Shown: positions 41,990-57,089 of the stretch, piece by piece
Position numbering within the stretch: position 1 is the first letter of the stretch
Layout: every line of letters starts with the position of its first letter
Assembly (NCBI GenBank): GCA_964016885.1
Contig: OZ024743.1
Coordinates: 40,858,001-40,922,000 of the forward strand
Direction: 5' to 3'
DNA length: 64,000 nt
Source: Eledone cirrhosa
Taxonomy: Eukaryota
Made by a program: the position numbers and the translations under genes
The notes under the pieces: generated by a model
Seen by the model: only the letters and a program-made list of their open reading frames with translations
The model's database searches: none
What the model was told of the DNA's origin: nothing

Positions 41990-42252
41990 TACCCATCTGC
42001 CAGATAGTTGAACGTTCGAAAGTATATACTTTCCTTATGAAAATTAACGGCTGAGCAGCCTAATTTGCATATTGAGTGAGTTAAATCGGTCAGGCATACC
42101 GAAAACGATAAGTTGAAAAAAATGAAAACGAAATTTCATTTCTCACTCTTAGTATGGCACTTACTTAAATGTAAGTACGTATGTATACGTACATACATAT
42201 ATGTATACAGACGTACAGTAGCATGCATATATATATACATACACACACACAC

Positions 42253-42298
<46 letters not shown>

Positions 42299-42460
42299 GC
42301 ATACAGGTACACATACATATATGCACGCATCAGTTTAGCCGACGTTTATTATAACGCCGACCGCTTTGTTCGTTTGTTTGTCAACAAAGCGAACAGCCTG
42401 AATTTATGCCATACGGTGTTAAGGCAACCACGTCACCTTTTTGTTCAACACTGACACAGG

Positions 42461-42505
42461 AACGATGTACTAGTTTCAAGCTTGTTAGCTATCATCAGCA
42501 CCGTT
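42461..42505 (-). ncRNA. Hammerhead ribozyme, array copy 3
   Basis: Identical motif. Confidence 0.88.
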
Positions 42506-42768
42506 TACCCATCTGCCAGATAGTTGAACGTTCGAAAGTATATACTTTCCTTATGAAAATTAACGGCTGAGCAGCCTAATTTGCATATTGAGTGAGTTAA
42601 ATCGGTCAGGCATACCGAAAACGATAAGTTGAAAAAAATGAAAACGAAATTTCATTTCTCACTCTTAGTATGGCACTTACTTAAATGTAAGTACGTATGT
42701 ATACGTACATACATATATGTATACAGACGTACAGTAGCATGCATATATATATACATACACACACACAC

Positions 42769-42842
<74 letters not shown>

Positions 42843-43004
42843 GCATACAGGTACACATACATATATGCACGCATCAGTTTAGCCGACGTTTATTATAACG
42901 CCGACCGCTTTGTTCGTTTGTTTGTCAACAAAGCGAACAGCCTGAATTTATGCCATACGGTGTTAAGGCAACCACGTCACCTTTTTGTTCAACACTGACA
43001 CAGG

Positions 43005-43049
43005 AACGATGTACTAGTTTCAAGCTTGTTAGCTATCATCAGCACCGTT
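43005..43049 (-). ncRNA. Hammerhead ribozyme, array copy 4
   Basis: Identical motif. Confidence 0.88.
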
Positions 43050-43264
43050 TACCCATCTGCCAGATAGTTGAACGTTCGAAAGTTTGAAACTAGTACATCG
43101 TTCCTGTGTCAGTGTTGAACAAAAAGGTGACGTGGTTGCCTTAACACCGTATGGCATAAATTCAGGCTGTTCGCTTTGTTGACAAACAAACGAACAAAGC
43201 GGTCGGCGTTATAATAAACGTCGGCTAAACTGATGCGTGCATATATGTATGTGTACCTGTATGC

Positions 43265-43334
<70 letters not shown>

Positions 43335-43597
43335 GTGTGTGTGTGTATGTATATATATATGCATGCTACTGTACGTCTGTATACATATATGTATGTACGT
43401 ATACATACGTACTTACATTTAAGTAAGTGCCATACTAAGAGTGAGAAATGAAATTTCGTTTTCATTTTTTTCAACTTATCGTTTTCGGTATGCCTGACCG
43501 ATTTAACTCACTCAATATGCAAATTAGGCTGCTCAGCCGTTAATTTTCATAAGGAAAGTATATACTTTCGAACGTTCAACTATCTGGCAGATGGGTA

Positions 43598-43642
43598 AAC
43601 GGTGCTGATGATAGCTAACAAGCTTGAAACTAGTACATCGTT
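43598..43642 (+). ncRNA. Hammerhead ribozyme, array copy 5
   Basis: aacggtgCTGATGAtagctaacaagcttGAAActagtacatcgtt. Confidence 0.88.
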
Positions 43643-43804
43643 CCTGTGTCAGTGTTGAACAAAAAGGTGACGTGGTTGCCTTAACACCGTATGGCATAAA
43701 TTCAGGCTGTTCGCTTTGTTGACAAACAAACGAACAAAGCGGTCGGCGTTATAATAAACGTCGGCTAAACTGATGCGTGCATATATGTATGTGTACCTGT
43801 ATGC

Positions 43805-43874
<70 letters not shown>

Positions 43875-44137
43875 GTGTGTGTGTGTATGTATATATATAT
43901 GCATGCTACTGTACGTCTGTATACATATATGTATGTACGTATACATACGTACTTACATTTAAGTAAGTGCCATACTAAGAGTGAGAAATGAAATTTCGTT
44001 TTCATTTTTTTCAACTTATCGTTTTCGGTATGCCTGACCGATTTAACTCACTCAATATGCAAATTAGGCTGCTCAGCCGTTAATTTTCATAAGGAAAGTA
44101 TATACTTTCGAACGTTCAACTATCTGGCAGATGGGTA

Positions 44138-44182
44138 AACGGTGCTGATGATAGCTAACAAGCTTGAAACTAGTACATCGTT
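44138..44182 (+). ncRNA. Hammerhead ribozyme, array copy 6
   Basis: Identical motif. Confidence 0.88.
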
Positions 44183-44344
44183 CCTGTGTCAGTGTTGAAC
44201 AAAAAGGTGACGTGGTTGCCTTAACACCGTATGGCATAAATTCAGGCTGTTCGCTTTGTTGACAAACAAACGAACAAAGCGGTCGGCGTTATAATAAACG
44301 TCGGCTAAACTGATGCGTGCATATATGTATGTGTACCTGTATGC

Positions 44345-44410
<66 letters not shown>

Positions 44411-44673
44411 GTGTGTGTGTGTATGTATATATATATGCATGCTACTGTACGTCTGTATACATATATGTATGTACGTATACATACGTACTTACATTTAAGT
44501 AAGTGCCATACTAAGAGTGAGAAATGAAATTTCGTTTTCATTTTTTTCAACTTATCGTTTTCGGTATGCCTGACCGATTTAACTCACTCAATATGCAAAT
44601 TAGGCTGCTCAGCCGTTAATTTTCATAAGGAAAGTATATACTTTCGAACGTTCAACTATCTGGCAGATGGGTA

Positions 44674-44718
44674 AACGGTGCTGATGATAGCTAACAAGCT
44701 TGAAACTAGTACATCGTT
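44674..44718 (+). ncRNA. Hammerhead ribozyme, array copy 7
   Basis: Identical motif. Confidence 0.88.
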
Positions 44719-44880
44719 CCTGTGTCAGTGTTGAACAAAAAGGTGACGTGGTTGCCTTAACACCGTATGGCATAAATTCAGGCTGTTCGCTTTGTTGACA
44801 AACAAACGAACAAAGCGGTCGGCGTTATAATAAACGTCGGCTAAACTGATGCGTGCATATATGTATGTGCACCTGTATGC

Positions 44881-44940
<60 letters not shown>

Positions 44941-45202
44941 GTGTGTGTGTGTATGTATATATATATGCATGCTACTGTACGTCTGTATACATATATGTAT
45001 GTACGTATACATACGTACTTACATTTAAGTAAGTGCCATACTAAGAGTGAGAAATGAAATTTCGTTTTCATTTTTTCAACTTATCGTTTTCGGTATGCCT
45101 GACCGATTTAACTCACTCAATATGCAAATTAGGCTGCTCAGCCGTTAATTTTCATAAGGAAAGTATATACTTTCGAACGTTCAACTATCTGGCAGATGGG
45201 TA

Positions 45203-45247
45203 AACGGTGCTGATGATAGCTAACAAGCTTGAAACTAGTACATCGTT
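45203..45247 (+). ncRNA. Hammerhead ribozyme, array copy 8
   Basis: Identical motif. Confidence 0.88.
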
Positions 45248-45409
45248 CCTGTGTCAGTGTTGAACAAAAAGGTGACGTGGTTGCCTTAACACCGTATGGC
45301 ATAAATTCAGGCTGTTCGCTTTGTTGACAAACAAACGAACAAAGCGGTCGGCGTTATAATAAACGTCGGCTAAACTGATGCGTGCATATATGTATGTGTA
45401 CCTGTATGC

Positions 45410-45469
<60 letters not shown>

Positions 45470-45609
45470 GTGTGTGTGTGTATGTATATATATATGCATG
45501 CTACTGTACGTCTGTATACATATATGTATGTACGTATACATACGTACTTACATTTAAGTAAGTGCCATACTAAGAGTGAGAAATGAAATTTCGTTTTCAT
45601 TTTTTTCAA

Positions 45610-45698
<89 letters not shown>

Positions 45699-46881
45699 AT
45701 ATATATATGTATGTATATATATATTTATATATATCGTATTCACCAATATAGCCTCGACTGTATAATACCTGAATACCTTCTATCTGGTTTATCATATGTG
45801 TTTATATTATATTATATTATATTATATTATATTATATTACAATAGCGATAATAGCGTAACAGTGTAAAACTTTAATAGTGTCAGTAAACCAAGTACTTAC
45901 TTAGCAGACGATTTACTCTCGAATAGTCTGATGTTGAAATTCTACAATCATAAGCTATTCAGAACATCAATACATTGAATAAGACATGATACTAACCTTT
46001 AACATCGTAAATGTTGGCAACAGAATTTCGACCTATCGCCTATAAAATGAAACAAAGCCACTTATATTTTCCAGGATATATATATATAAGCAAAGGGATA
46101 TTTAATTTGTTGGTAATTCAACAAATATATTCATTTATAACTGATTCGAAGCACTCGACAAGTTTTCTGGATATAATATCAATGATATTAATAAATGGAA
46201 ACTATATTTATAAAACCATATTTATTCTATTATATATATTTCAACGGTACAATACTTTGGTATGCTCTCATGAGATAAAATACAAAGTTTGTTTTATAAA
46301 TATTGACATATCCATGTCTTGGTATCATGTGGCTGGGCTCGCCTGTCGCAGTATTCAATTTGTCAAGCTGTCTAACGCATGTTATTACTCTAAGGTGACA
46401 CAACCTTATCGAGTGCTTTGCTGCTCATTCCTAATTGTATATCGTTAGCTTGGCCACAGCCAAAACTTCGATTTTCCTAAACTTCCATTCGTATATATAT
46501 ATACATGCGTGTATGTGCGTGTGTGATAGTGTGTGTGTGTGCGAGTGTGTGTGTGTATGTGTGTGCGCGTGCGTATGTAGTGCGTAGTGTCTAGTGTCTG
46601 CTCAGCGCTTATTCTGTGAAGACCACTAATGAAAGTAGTCCTTGCTGCATAATGTGATGCAGATTTGGTACATGCGAGAATACATTATTATACACTCGTA
46701 TGAGGGAACTCGCGAGCATCGCCTTTAGGAACTAACGCTCGTATATATTCTTCCTATATATCATATGATTCCAGTTCCTCAGAGAAATAACAACACAACC
46801 AGTAGCTGGACATATAGTTGTATTGACTGAGCAAAACACACTTCAACAACAATTGTACCTGTCTTTCCCACGCCAATTCGG

Positions 46882-46936
46882 ACAGCCTGAAGAGGTCACA
46901 GCCAATGATGACTGTCACCGAAATATATATAGCAGT
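46882..46936 (+). ncRNA. Type I hammerhead ribozyme (36224 family, one stem I mismatch)
   Basis: ACAGC-CUGAAGA-GGUCACAGCCAAUGAUGACUGUCACC-GAAA-UAUAUA-UA-GCAGU. Confidence 0.8.
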
Positions 46937-46987
46937 ATAACTATAATTTCTAATAAACGAAGCCAAAATTTACATATTTGAATTAAT

Positions 46988-47063
<76 letters not shown>

Positions 47064-47276
47064 AATCAAAATATTCGACTTCACGCAGTATATACAATTT
47101 TAGTATAGCCTAAAATTATATTTACCGCGTGAAGCAACATATTTTAATTAATTAATGATTTGTGTTATAAACGAAATAAGATTAATACAGCCAATTCAAC
47201 TCAATACACAAATTGTATATTAGAATTAGATTAATATTAATGGTCATTTAATCACACACACACATACACACCACAC

Positions 47277-47424
<148 letters not shown>

Positions 47425-48225
47425 TTAATAAGAAAATATATAATAGCTAACATTAGATATATGTATGTCTGTCAAGCATATACACAATCCAAGTGGTGTA
47501 TAATTGAAGCCATGTCCGTGCAGATAAAGTACTTTCCAGCCGGTTCTATCGTCTATCACACTACAAAAGTATAATTGTGTAAATTATACTACTTGGTCTT
47601 GTTTATATCATTCCTAATAGTAGAACATTGATTCAAGGTACGAAGGAATAATTCTAGTTTTTGTTCAGGTAAAAGAAAAAAAGCAGATTGAATCACGAAA
47701 GAAAATTACTTTATTCTTACTTACTTCAGTTATTGAAGGACTTTGTGTGGTTTTGAAATAAACTACTTAACCACAGAGCCATGCCAGCGCTTATATGTCT
47801 AAATTATATTTAAAAGTTTGCTTTGGTTTCTAACAGCTATACTTTCCAGAGAGATATTTATGAAACGTACCGTATTATAGGCTATTACTTGCTCCAGTTA
47901 TTATTTTCTCAATCTAAACTGAAGATATAGGCAAGGTGTTCCTGGTTCGAGAAAATTCTTCTTCTTCACGCACACTCAGTATTGTTAAAAGCCGTTGATA
48001 TCTTTTATACGTGTTATCTTTTGGATATGTGATGACAGTAACACTTTTCTATCTTCAGCTTTATTCTATTTTCTCTAATTTCGGATACACAAACATATGC
48101 GTGCGTACAGGGAAATCCATAAATCAGTAATGGCTTGGCTGCTTAATGAGATGCACAATGGGTGTAGTTAAGACTTACTTCACTATATATGGATTCAATT
48201 ACACACACTCAGACACAGCCACCCC

Positions 48226-48275
<50 letters not shown>

Positions 48276-48284
48276 CACATTTAT

Positions 48285-48337
<53 letters not shown>

Positions 48338-49770
48338 TTTATTGTGATCTGAACAACAACAGAAGGATGGAATAGAAACTTATCTTTAGAATTGTAATTT
48401 CGCAAAAGCAATATACATATTCCAAAGGCCCAGCCTTATCATCAGATTATGATGCAAGACTAGACAATATCATTAGGTGTTATTTGCGGAATTAGTCAAC
48501 ATGAGATATATTTAGCACAAACAGAGAATAGAAAATAGACAATAGAGGCCTGATTCAATTCGGGAATAACCTGCCAAATCGGTGTTTTAGCCATGGCAGA
48601 CATTCCCCGAATGTCGCACTAGCAATTAATGCCAGCATTGTGGGTTGGTAGTGACAGCTATATTGCCGTCCTTAGAAAATATCATTCATTAATCACAACC
48701 GAGGATTCTCTGCCACAACGTTCATAGGTTTCAAAACTGTGCTTTTCGAAGTTATATACATATAGTTCGGCTTTAACCTTTCCAAAGATTAACAAAATGC
48801 GTTTAGACACACGATTTCACATTACGAATCTTGCAAAATAAATGCAAACGAAGTATTTTTGTAAATTAAAGTTGTAATAGATGTTCGAGTAAAATAAATG
48901 CATTTATTTCCAGAAAATATTTAAAATCCATTCATTGTTAGAGCTTGTCTTTGGAATCCGAGATAATACGTATTTTGTAGACGAATGTATTTCTGTGCAA
49001 AATGTTGAACATTTTGCTATTGATTTTAAAACAAACTGCTGAAGATATAAAACATAATTTTCCTAAGTGAGGCACTAACTATAAATTATTGACTTCTCAC
49101 ATCAGTTTCTGAATGTGACAAAATGGAAGTAAGAGGATATTTAAGTGCTTTGCTGGTATATATATTATCGACGATCCGTGTGCCTGAAATATACACCAAA
49201 ATACAGTATTCCATCCGATAAACTACCATTTCTCAAGAGTTTCCAAGACACACTATAAACTCTAATGACCATACACCAGGCACATCGATTTCTACGAAGT
49301 CGCCCACTCGACATTCTATAATTCCTTATGACCGCCTACCATAAGATTTCTGAGGAATCTCCTCTTCCCCTTATCTATAGTTTTCATAAAATGTTAAGCA
49401 GTCGCACTCTAGGCGAATATTATACAATATACAGGTCCTTAATACAATCGCCCATGTATCTGTTTGAAACAAGTCAATTAATTAATCTTATTATTACACA
49501 CACACTTACACACACACACGCGCACACACGCACGCACGCACACACACACACACACACACAAACACACATAAAAAAGACACACACTCAAACACACACATAT
49601 AGATAGATCTCATTTATTATATGTTAACCCTACGGGAAAATTTAATGCATTTCGTTGGCAGAATTATTCAAACGGTTTATGCTTGACCGAAAGGTTTATA
49701 CGTATTGAATAACATCTTCACACTAATTGTGTGTGTGCCTGTAAAGAGAGAGAGAGCGAGACAGAGAGAC

Positions 49771-49882
<112 letters not shown>

Positions 49883-50340
49883 GGGTGCTTTGCCGTGTGG
49901 AATAAACATTTCCAACAAAACGTATTCTAGTAATGTTGCGATTGTTTCCATTCCTTATTAATTATCTGCTCAATCAACATTTCATGATAATGTTTATACC
50001 ACGTTACCCCGCGGTACCGCTTACAACCAAACACAACAATATAGATTCTAGTGTACTAGAAGAATTCAACAGTTAAAATGCCAGGAAGCAAGTGATATAT
50101 TGTATCGGCAAACAATAGCCATTACTGAGTTGTTAAGACGGGCGCCTAGTGATTATTGTGTCTCGGCCTCGATCCCACTGCGTGGCATCTTCAGCATATG
50201 TCTTTACCAAGGCCGTATGAGTAAAATTAAATGAATGAAACTGCATGAGCCGCCAGATGGTACCTGTAATTCAAACTTGCAGCCTTGTCACAGATTATTC
50301 TTGAGAAATACGTTAATTGTTAATTGAACACATTTGTAAA

Positions 50341-50444
50341 TACAGGATGTCCCCACAAAATATATACACACTTTGATTAACTTTACAGGCTATATCTATT
50401 AGAATGCAGAGTCTTTGTGTATACAAGTTTGGGGATATCCTGTT
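50341..50444. mobile_element. Tiny Tc1/mariner-type MITE
   Basis: tacaggatgtccccacaaaatatatacaca ... tgtgtatacaagtttggggatatcctgt. Confidence 0.65.
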
Positions 50445-50521
50445 GCTGCTCAACGTATCGCGAAATAACTTTAAAAAAATGTTTTTAAAATAAAAATAGA
50501 TTATAATAATTGTTTCTAGTT

Positions 50522-50902
50522 TTTGGCACAAGACCAGCAAATACCCAGTACATTACTGGTACTTTATTTTATCGACCCCCGTAAGGATAAAAGGCAAAGT
50601 TAACCTCGGCGGGATTTGAACTCAGAATGGCAAGGACCGTAACTCTATGCGTCAAAGCATGGTGTCCGACCCACTACCGATACTGACAATCCACCACCCT
50701 AAATTATAATAATTGTTTATAATATTAGCACAAGGCCAGCAATTACTCCAGTACATTACTGGTACTTTATTTTATCGACTCCGTAAGGATGAAAGGCAAA
50801 GTGAAATCGGCGGGATTTGAGCTCACACCATAAAGGGGCGTAACTCTATGCTTCAAAGCATGGTGTCCGACCTTCTACTGATACTGCTAATCCCCGGCCC
50901 TA
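50522..50902 (-). mobile_element. Two tandem SINE copies (50522-50702, 50726-50902)
   Basis: actggtactttattttatcgac.ccgtaaggat.aaaggcaaagt...gggatttga.ctca occurs twice. Confidence 0.85.
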
Positions 50903-52556
50903 AATTTTAATAACGCAGGTATGTTTGTATATATATATTAATACATATATATTTGCTTCTAACTCTTTAAAATTTACGCAGACAAGCATGCACACATATG
51001 CACACTGTGTATTTATTATACCAGTCACATTTCTACAATAAGAAATTCGCTTCCCAATCATAAGGTGTTGAGTTCTAACCCTTTGTCCTTGTAAATAGCT
51101 CTTTACTCGTATATTTAATCCTGCAAATCACGTTTACATATATGATGGATACGTATGTAATTATATTCTAGAATTAAATTACTATAATGTTATTCTTATA
51201 TCTAATAATCTCTATGAGTCAAAAATTGCCCTAAATGGATAGGTTACTCTGATGGAAACTATTAACTTATCAAAACGCATATTCCCAGTAAGAATGGTTT
51301 TACATATAGCTGGTAATATTTCCGTCTATCAATGTATATCTCCAAAAATTAAATACGGTCAACTCTATTGTCGTATTCATTGACAGCTTGCGTATCAAAT
51401 ATTATTATACTTTTGTTTCCAGATTTTGTTTTTATAGGCAGAATCACTAGAGCGTCGTATTAAATGCATATGTATTTGCTTAAACTCATTGTGCTCTGAA
51501 ATCAAATCATACTGATGTTAAATTTGCCATTCGTAATTCCATAGTTGATAAATATAGAACCAGTGTGGTGGACTTATGGTGTTACAGACGCGAATAGGGG
51601 TGCATTTCGGTAGATATACCTGCTATAAGCCTTCGTAGTTAACATCTTGCCTCCTTTGCCAGAAAAGCAGTGGCACTCCAGCAGGTTTTGCATCAATTAC
51701 AAAAATGATAAGATCATTGGAAACGCAATCCCCTGGTTATATATTAGGCTGGTAAGTTTCTTTAGAATATGTATGAAATGTTTTATATCAAGACACAAAG
51801 AAAATATATAGGAATTTCGATGGACACAATATAATAAGCACCATCTCCTTCACGTAATACGTAGTATGGCGTTTAATATCGGTACTTGGAAAAGCTGGCG
51901 AAAGGTGATAAGACTATAAAATGTCAGGACTTTTGGATGGAAACGGTGTAACTGAGGACGCTTCTCCCAGGAGATGTAACTAGTAGATAACATTCGCAGC
52001 GTAAAGCCAATTAGAAGAGGTATGCTTGGTTCGATCTGACGATCAACATCATTCTGTTAGAAATATAAAACAATGCATCTTGCAACTCTAAAATTATACT
52101 GTTTCTCTTCATAATCAAGAATTAGATAAACCTACATAGGATATATTATCTCGCTAGAGCAAAAGAGATAGTTATCTAAGGACACTTATATCTCTTCTGA
52201 AATATTTAGTTATCTAAATTAATTCACCTGTTTAAATTACATTGCATGTACATGAATTCACATAAAGATACACCTATACACGCAAACAAAAACGTACATA
52301 CACATACACATGCATATGTATATATACAGCATTCACTGTTTTGAAGCTATGCATAACATCCATTGACTTACAAAGTATTTAAACTAATTTATCTGGATAT
52401 TATAAATCAGGAAAAAATCTGAATCCGATTTTCAAAGGCACCATGTTGTACATAGGGAGCGGGGCGAGAAGAGAATGTAGCTGGGAAGTAAAGCATTATC
52501 ATTGAGAGAATATGCATGCTTACATCTAGTCAGTAAATGATTTCATACACAAACAT

Positions 52557-52688
<132 letters not shown>

Positions 52689-52911
52689 ACACACACACAC
52701 ACACATACCCCCCACACACACATACATACACCCCCCCACACACACGCACACACACCCACACACACCCACACACATACACACAAACACCACACACACACAG
52801 ATATATATATATATATGAATTCCTTTTGCTGTTCAGTTCTCCTGAGAGATTCTTACCACTCTATATACACACATGCACGCACACACACCTGTATGTATAT
52901 GCACATATGTG

Positions 52912-53019
<108 letters not shown>

Positions 53020-53769
53020 CATATATACACATACATACATATATATATATATTCATACTTAGTCATATATATTTATAAATATAAACGAATATATATATAA
53101 ATAAATACATATACATAAATATATATATATATATATAAACACAAATAATATTAAGGATGGGGAACAAAATGACAACGAGTAAAGCGAAATGAATAGAAAA
53201 TGTTGTTTTCCGATTGATTGGTTGCAGCCAGTGACCTGCATTAACAACAAGTTCGAATGAAATACCGTCACAAATGAATGAGAATCGTGAAAGAGCTATG
53301 ATATAGAATGTACCAGTTCATTATCAGCATGTGTCTATCCCACTTCGAGCAAATACCTCGCTAGAACAACTGTAATCACCGAAGACGTCAGCTGCAGCAC
53401 TCTTCTATCGATCTTCTGCTTTCTACATACGAAAGAGGATTTTACACCTGAAGAACGAATAGTTAGAAATGGAATATGGAAGAATGCAGGAGAACGTCAC
53501 AGCGATATGTCATAAAGCGCTCATAAATATTGCAACACCGTTTACCAAACCTCCTGTCATTTTCAATATATTTCATTTCTGAAGAATACCTATGTTTGTA
53601 TTTATTTAATCATCTCACTAGCGATTTAGCCAACAACTTATTGTATTGTTGCTGTTGCATTTGCTTGTGGTATTGCTTTAGTTGCTCAGCACTAGATCAA
53701 ATTTAATCGAACAGAAATGTGATCAAATGCATTTTAACTATTTATATCTTACCCTTACACTCCTCTCTC

Positions 53770-53882
<113 letters not shown>

Positions 53883-53942
53883 GCGCATCACTCATACAAA
53901 CACACACACACACGAGCATATATATATATATATAATTATATA

Positions 53943-53986
<44 letters not shown>

Positions 53987-54127
53987 TATAGATATATATA
54001 TTATATGTAGTAATACACAGTAAATCGTGTCTTTATTACTACATATATTATTAAAATGCCCAGTATTTATACTTTGAGCTTGTTAATTAAAGGGTATCAG
54101 CATGAGTTATTAACTCTGACTCTTATT

Positions 54128-54631
<504 letters not shown>

Positions 54632-56546
54632 GAGGTATAGGAGAGAGATTTCAACAACATGCCACAACATTGTATATGTTCTGAGTTATAACAGCACCAC
54701 AGTAAACTTTGCCTTTTATCGTCCTGGGGCTGATAACACAAAGGACCACTCAATCATTTTAATTGACACTCAACGTTAAATTGCACACCTTAAATCTAAA
54801 TTGGAGACCATTAGTTTGTTGTCGTGTTGTTTTGCCTGGTTCAATGCAATTCTCATTCAAATATATCATACTTTAATAGCGTTCCATCTCTGGACTCATC
54901 TGTTGTTTGAGCCCTCTTGAACTAACTTTTCAAAAAGCCGTTCTTTATATAACACAGCATGATATGAATTGAAATGTATAGATGAAGCAGCTTGCGCGAC
55001 TGTATTGAGGCTCAATTCTTAGCTCAGACGAATGGTGGATTACAACAAAGACAGTGGATCAGCAAGCACTATGTTTATATTATACTAATCTCAGTAGGTC
55101 AGAGATACACACGTGCTTATGTAACAATCATTAAATTCAACACTGTTTTGTTTACGTGGGAGCGATTCCAGTGAATCACAGGTGGTAGTCATATATTCAC
55201 ATATATAACAACTATTCTAATATATCAGAGAACCCTTTACTTATGCATTAACAATCTTAGTGGGTAAAAGACCAATGTTTATGTAGCAGCACTTTTAAAG
55301 GAATAGCCTCAATGTTTATTTAACAGCAATCCTAGTGAAATAAAGACCACTGTTTACGTAACAACATTCCTACAGTCCTAGAAACACATTTTCAAGCGAT
55401 AGCCATGCTAGTGGATCAGAAAGCACGTCTGTGTCTATATAACAGTAAGAACGATTTATTGATGATGTTATAAACAAAAATGACACATCTGAAAATATAT
55501 GGGAATTGTATTTCAATGCTCTAAGACTTATAGTATCAGCATATAGTGTTTTTTGAAATATAAATGTTTTTTTTCTTTTTAAAATGTGTTGAATATTATT
55601 ATGTCATTGCTCTATAACTTGATAGGTAATTGTTTTCATTTCATTTTATATAAACATTTCATCTCGAAGAATAGCAGAACTGGTTTAAAAGAATCATTTT
55701 CTGCACGAAATCTACATTGTGGAAACAAGGCTGTAGAGTACAACAGTGATTCCCAATATTTTCACTAAGAATGACCCATTTTATTTCAATGTGTGTTCAC
55801 ACAGAAGTCTCTGCTATACTTACTACATTCATATACTACGACAGATTAACAACGGAAGAAGTGTATACTTGTTTATATTTATATAAGATTATACTCTATA
55901 TGTTTATACTTTAAAAATATAAAAGATACCCAATACTGTTTGTATATAATATTTTTTTAACGAAGTACTTCAAATTTTGACCTTAGATTTTCACAAAACC
56001 AGTTCCACCATTACGGACTATGTATTTTGCTTGATGTCTGTTCAAAGTATTTCTTAACAATATATTCAATGAGAGGTCGTATGTCCGGAATAATTAAAAG
56101 AAGTTTCCGGGAGATGTCAAAAAATAATGCCATTCGTTTGCGATAAGGAAAACAGAATAAAAAAATGATGTCTTTTAGGTTCATTTGAATTGAAGAGGAA
56201 AGTAACGTAAACACATAAAAAAAGAAATGTAATAAATATTCAGATATATTGACTAAACGTGGATAGTAAGAGAACATTAAATAATTGCCATAACATAAAA
56301 AGGTCAGTGTAAATGAATTTACTATGATGTACCATAAATGAGATTGGGAAATTATATTCTTTCAAGAGTCAAAGGAGGGCAGATAAAAAGTGACAAATAT
56401 TGGGATTTTTAATGGAATGTAAAATAAAACTTGTCATGATAAAAAAAAACTAAAGTGAAATTACTGTTGCTAAGAAATGGTATTGCCTAGATGAGAATTG
56501 TGGCAGACATATATAGAGAAGTGTGGCATATATATATATAATAGCT

Positions 56547-56607
<61 letters not shown>

Positions 56608-56619
56608 CATATATATGTA

Positions 56620-56673
<54 letters not shown>

Positions 56674-56677
56674 TATA

Positions 56678-56704
<27 letters not shown>

Positions 56705-56709
<5 letters not shown>

Positions 56710-56816
56710 GATGAGATTCTACAGGACTAGAACTGTTTCATTCATTAGAAATCATCAGGAATCTGATGATTTCTAATGAATGAAACAGTTCTAGTCCTGT
56801 AGAATCTCATCTATAT
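56705..56816. ncRNA. Near-perfect palindrome carrying a hammerhead core on both strands
   Basis: CUGAUGA-UUUCUAAUGAAU-GAAA-CAGUUCUAG-UC-CUGUAGAAUC at 56763-56806, mirrored at 56715-56758. Confidence 0.7.
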
Positions 56817-56889
56817 TAAAACTGTTATACTCTGCTATGTATTGAGTACCTTACTTACTGTGGTTACCTCCGATTCAACCCGGAATAAC

Positions 56890-56948
<59 letters not shown>

Positions 56949-57089
56949 CTGTGTGTGCGTGCGTCTGTGTGAGTGAGTGTTTATTTAGTGTGAATGTGTG
57001 AAGATACATAATATAGCACCAGAAAATTTAGGGTGACAGATTTAGTTAATAATTTTTATCTGAATGTGCTTGCGTGTACATAAACTTGA

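Larger units (their letters stand above)
41108..45612. repeat. Head-to-head inverted tandem array of 516-544 bp HHR-containing monomers (retrozyme/satellite-like)
   Basis: ~3.7 units with minus-sense HHR (41108-43083), then ~4.7 units with plus-sense HHR (43084-45612). Units differ almost only in internal (TA)n length. Confidence 0.97.

Noticed and set aside
41024-45795. Repeated 95-141 aa ORFs in the tandem array; possible CRISPR-like periodicity
   Set aside because: Frames shift with (TA)n length between units. The units are whole-monomer repeats with no unique spacers, and the context is eukaryotic.
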